From positions 186,001 through 250,000 of the forward strand of contig CAXHJY010000397.1 in the NCBI GenBank assembly GCA_964016885.1: a stretch of 64,000 nucleotides of DNA, in the 5' to 3' direction. Source of the DNA: Eledone cirrhosa. Taxonomy: Eukaryota. Below, piece by piece: positions 60,760 to 64,000 of the stretch. Below the pieces are notes generated by a model. The model was not told where the DNA came from and searched no databases. It saw only the letters and a program-made list of their open reading frames with translations. The translations under genes were made by a program, and so were the position numbers. Each line of letters opens with the position of its first letter. The stretch's first letter is position 1.

Positions 60760-63415
60760 AGGATAGCTTAGGATAGCTTACCTTAGGAGAGCTTAGCTTA
60801 GGATAGCTTAGCTTAGGATAGCTTAGGATAACTTAGCTTAGGATAGCTTAGCTTAGGATAGCTTAGCTTAGGATAGCTTAGCTTAGGATAGCTTAGGATA
60901 GCTTAGCTTAGCTTAGGATAGCTTAGCTTAGCTTAGGATAGCTTAGCTTAGCTTTGCTTAGGATAGCTTAGCTTAGCTTAGCTTAGGATAGCTTAGGATA
61001 GCTTAGCTTAGGATAGCTTAGGATAGCTTAGCTTAGGATAGCTTAGCTTAGGATAGCTTAGGATAGCTTAGCTTAGCTTAGCTTAGGTAGCTTAGCTTAG
61101 CTTTGGATAGCTTAGCTTAGCTTAGCTTAGCTTAGGATAGCTTAGCTTAGCTTAGGATAGCTTAGGATAGCTTAGCTTAGGATAGCTTAGGATAGCTTAG
61201 CTTAGGATAGCTTAGCTTAAGATAGCTTAGGATAGCTTAGCTTAGGATAGCTTAGCTTAGGATAGCTTAGCTTAGCTTAGCTTAGGATAGCTTAGCTTGG
61301 GATAGCTTAGGATAGCTTAGCTTAGGATAGCTTAGCTTAGGATAGCTTAGGATAGCTTAGCTTAGCTTAGCTTAGGATAGCTTACCTTAGCTTAGGATAG
61401 ATTAGCTTAGCTTAGCTTAGGATAGCTTAGCTTAGCTTAGGATAGCTTAGCTTAGCTTAGCTTAGGATAGCTTAGCTTAGGATAGCTTAGCTTAGGATAG
61501 CTTAGCTTAGGATAGCTTAGCTTAGGATAGCTTAGCTTAGGATAGCTTAGCTTAGCTTAGCTTAGGTTAGCTTAGCTTAGCTTAGCTTAGGATAGCTTAG
61601 CTTAGGATAGCTTAGCTTAGCTTAGCTTAGGATAGCTTAGCTTAGCTTAGCTTAGTATAGCTTAGCTTAGCTTAGCTTAGGATAGCTTAGCTTAGCTTAG
61701 CTTAGGATAGCTTAGCTTAGCTTAGGATAGCTTAGCTTAGCTTAGCTTAGGATAGCTTAGCTTAGCTTAGCTTAGGATAGCTTAGCTTAGCTTAGCTTAG
61801 GATAGCTTAGCTTAGCTTAGTTTAGGATAGCTTAGGTTAGGATAGCTTAGCTTAGCTTAGCTTAGGATAGCTTAGCTTAGCTTAGCTTAGCTTAGGATAG
61901 CTTAGCTTAGCTTAGCTTAGGATAGCTTAGCTTAGCTTAGGATAGCTTAGCTTAGCTTAGCTTAGGATAGCTTAGCTTAGCTTAGCTTAGGATAGCTTAG
62001 CTTAGCTTAGCTTAGGATAGCTTAGCTTAGCTTAGCTTAGGATAGCTTAGCTTAGCTTGGCTTAGGATAGCCTAGCTTAGCTTAGCTTAGGATAGCTTAG
62101 GATAGCTTACCTTAGGAGAGCTTAGCTTAGGATAGCTTAGCTTAGGATAGCTTAGGATAACTTAGCTTAGGATAGCTTAGCTTAGGATAGCTTAGCTTAG
62201 GATAGCTTAGCTTAGGATAGCTTAGGATAGCTTAGCTTAGCTTAGGATAGCTTAGCTTAGCTTTGCTTAGGATAGCTTAGCTTAGCTTAGCTTAGGATAG
62301 CTTAGGATAGCTTAGCTTAGGATAGCTTAGGATAGCTTAGCTTAGGATAGCTTAGCTTAGGATAGCTTAGGATAGCTTAGCTTAGCTTAGCTTAGGATAG
62401 CTTAGCTTAGCTTAGCTTTGGATAGCTTAGCTTAGCTTAGCTTAGCTTAGGATAGCTTAGCTTAGCTTAGGATAGCTTAGGATAGCTTAGCTTAGGATAG
62501 CTTAGGATAGCTTAGCTTAGGATAGCTTAGCTTAAGATAGCATAGGATAGCTTAGCTTAGGATAGCTTAGCTTAGGATAGCTTAGCTTAGCTTAGCTTAG
62601 GATAGCTTAGCTTGGGATAGCTTAGGATAGCTTAGCTTAGGATAGCTTAGCTTAGGATAGCTTAGGATAGCTTAGCTTAGCTTAGCTTAGGATAGCTTAC
62701 CTTAGCTTAGGATAGATTAGCTTAGCTTAGCTTAGGATAGCTTAGCTTAGCTTAGGATAGCTTAGCTTAGCTTAGCTTAGGATAGCTTAGCTTAGGATAG
62801 CTTAGCTTAGGATAGCTTAGCTTAGGATAGCTTAGCTTAGGATAGCTTAGCTTAGGATAGCTTAGCTTAGCTTAGCTTAGGTTAGCTTAGCTTAGCTTAG
62901 CTTAGGATAGCTTAGCTTAGGATAGCTTAGGATAGCTTAGCTTAGCTTAGCTTAGGATAGCTTAGCTTAGCTTAGCTTAGTATAGCTTAGCTTAGCTTAG
63001 CTTAGGATAGCTTAGCTTAGCTTAGCTTAGGATAGCTTAGCTTAGCTTAGGATAGCTTAGCTTAGCTTAGCTTAGGATAGCTTAGCTTAGCTTAGCTTAG
63101 GATAGCTTAGCTTAGCTTAGCTTAGGATAGCTTAGCTTAGCTTAGTTTAGGATAGCTTAGGTTAGGATAGCTTAGCTTAGCTTAGCTTAGGATAGCTTAG
63201 CTTAGCTTAGCTTAGCTTAGGATAGCTTAGCTTAGCTTAGCTTAGGATAGCTTAGCTTAGCTTAGGATAGCTTAGCTTAGCTTAGCTTAGGATAGCTTAG
63301 CTTAGCTTAGCTTAGGATAGCTTAGCTTAGCTTAGCTTAGGATAGCTTAGCTTAGCTTAGCTTAGGATAGCTTAGCTTAGCTTGGCTTAGGATAGCCTAG
63401 CTTAGCTTAGCTTAG
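60760..63415 (+). repeat. Tandem duplication, period about 1310-1330 bp
   Basis: CTTAC 60777/62106, GATAA 60827/62156, CTTTG 61101/62416, CTTAA 61216/62531, CTTGG 61296/62611, TATAG 61656/62981, CCTAG 62071/63396. Confidence 0.88.
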
Positions 63416-64000
63416 GATGGCTTAGCTTAGCTTAGCTTAGGATAGCTTAGCTTAGCTTAGCTTAGCTTAGTTTAGGATAGCTTTGCTTAGCTTAGCTTAG
63501 GATAGCTTAGGATAGCTTAGCTTAGGATAGCTTAGGATAGCTTAGCTTAGGATAGCTTAGGATAGCTTAGCTTAGGATAGCTTAGCTTAGGATAGCTTAG
63601 CTTAGGATAGCTTATGATAGCTTAGCTTAGGATAGCTTAGGATAGCTTAGGATAGCTTAGCTTAGGATAGCTTAGCTTAGGATAGCTTAGGAAAGCTTAG
63701 CTTAGCTTAGCTTAGGATAGCTTAGCTTAGCTTAGGATAGCTTAGCTTAGCTTAGCTTAGCTTAGGATAGCTTAGCTTAGCTTAGCTTAGGATAGCTTAG
63801 GATAGCTTAGCTTAGGATAACTTAGGATAGCTTAGCTTAGGATAGCTTAGGATAGCTTAGCTTAGGATAGCTTAGCTTAGGATAGCTTAGCTTAGCTTAG
63901 CTTAGCTTAGGATAGCTTAGGATAGCTTAGGATAGCTTAGCTTAGGATAGCTTAGCTTAGGATAGCTTAGGATAGCTTAGCTTAGCTTAGCTTAGGATAG

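Larger units (their letters stand above)
1..64000 (+). repeat. Pentanucleotide satellite array GATAG(CTTAG)1-6; continues past both window edges
   Basis: Every line parses into CTTAG/GATAG units with sparse single-base variants. The register starts at position 2 and ends at 63991. The 26 observed 1-bp deletions account exactly for this register shift (2-26 = 1 mod 5). I saw no inverted block or foreign sequence. Confidence 0.99.

Noticed and set aside
1-64000. Protein-coding ORFs or repeat-encoded peptides
   Set aside because: TAG in nearly every plus-strand pentamer hits each frame about every 15 nt. The minus strand has TAA in every CTAAG, which closes frames within tens of nt. ATG appears only in rare variants.
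1-64000. CRISPR array or other repeat-spacer system
   Set aside because: There are no unique spacers, leader or cas genes. The sequence between any chosen repeats is the same pentamer.
1-64000. Canonical telomerase-synthesised telomere
   Set aside because: TTAGG is essentially never tandem (only doublets at GTTAG variants), the strand is not G-rich, and point variants are propagated in multi-kb blocks, which indicates DNA-level duplication.
1-64000. Binary code or information storage in the CTTAG/GATAG order, or a synthetic construct
   Set aside because: The pattern is adequately explained by slippage plus nested duplication with inherited mutations. Nothing in the sequence indicates a reader, framing or design.
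1-64000. G-quadruplex or i-motif array
   Set aside because: Only GG doublets spaced 10-30 nt apart occur. GGG is limited to isolated CTTGG-GATAG variants.
1-64000. Massive GATA-factor binding array
   Set aside because: The context is GGATAG, which misses the WGATAR consensus except at rare CTTAT-GATAG and CTTAA-GATAG variants. There is no evidence of function.
1-64000. Identity with human HSat2/3, Bkm (GATA)n or Drosophila AAGAG/AATAT satellites
   Set aside because: The monomers do not match in any rotation or strand. The resemblance is architectural only.
1-64000. A single regular higher-order repeat with a fixed period
   Set aside because: Observed periods (284, about 1320, 2088, 2579, 2999, about 3004, 5582, about 23,900 bp) are unrelated and none is iterated more than about twice in tandem. 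The two periods near 3.0 kb involve different modules.

Overview
All 64 kb is one uninterrupted, single-orientation pentanucleotide satellite array (about 12,800 units, about 40% GC). It is built from CTTAG (majority) and GATAG (roughly a quarter to a third by eye), arranged as GATAG(CTTAG)n with n usually 1-4 and at most 6 seen. In another register it reads (TTAGC)n TTAGG ATAGC. I found no genes, RNA genes, transposons, CRISPR arrays or unique sequence, and stop codons close all six frames. The informative structure is internal. Rare variant pentamers and 26 single-base deletions act as barcodes and reveal nested, recent duplications: a >=15.4 kb block repeated at about 23.9 kb offset, and tandem duplications with periods of 5582, about 3004, 2999, 2579, 2088, about 1320 and 284 bp. 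There are also long-range copied patches and a turnover of kb-scale modules along the window. This architecture is typical of eukaryotic centromeric, pericentromeric or subtelomeric heterochromatin. Organism and function cannot be determined from this window, and I cannot support a novel gene-encoded system here. All comparisons were made by eye, and breakpoints are approximate (tens of bp).
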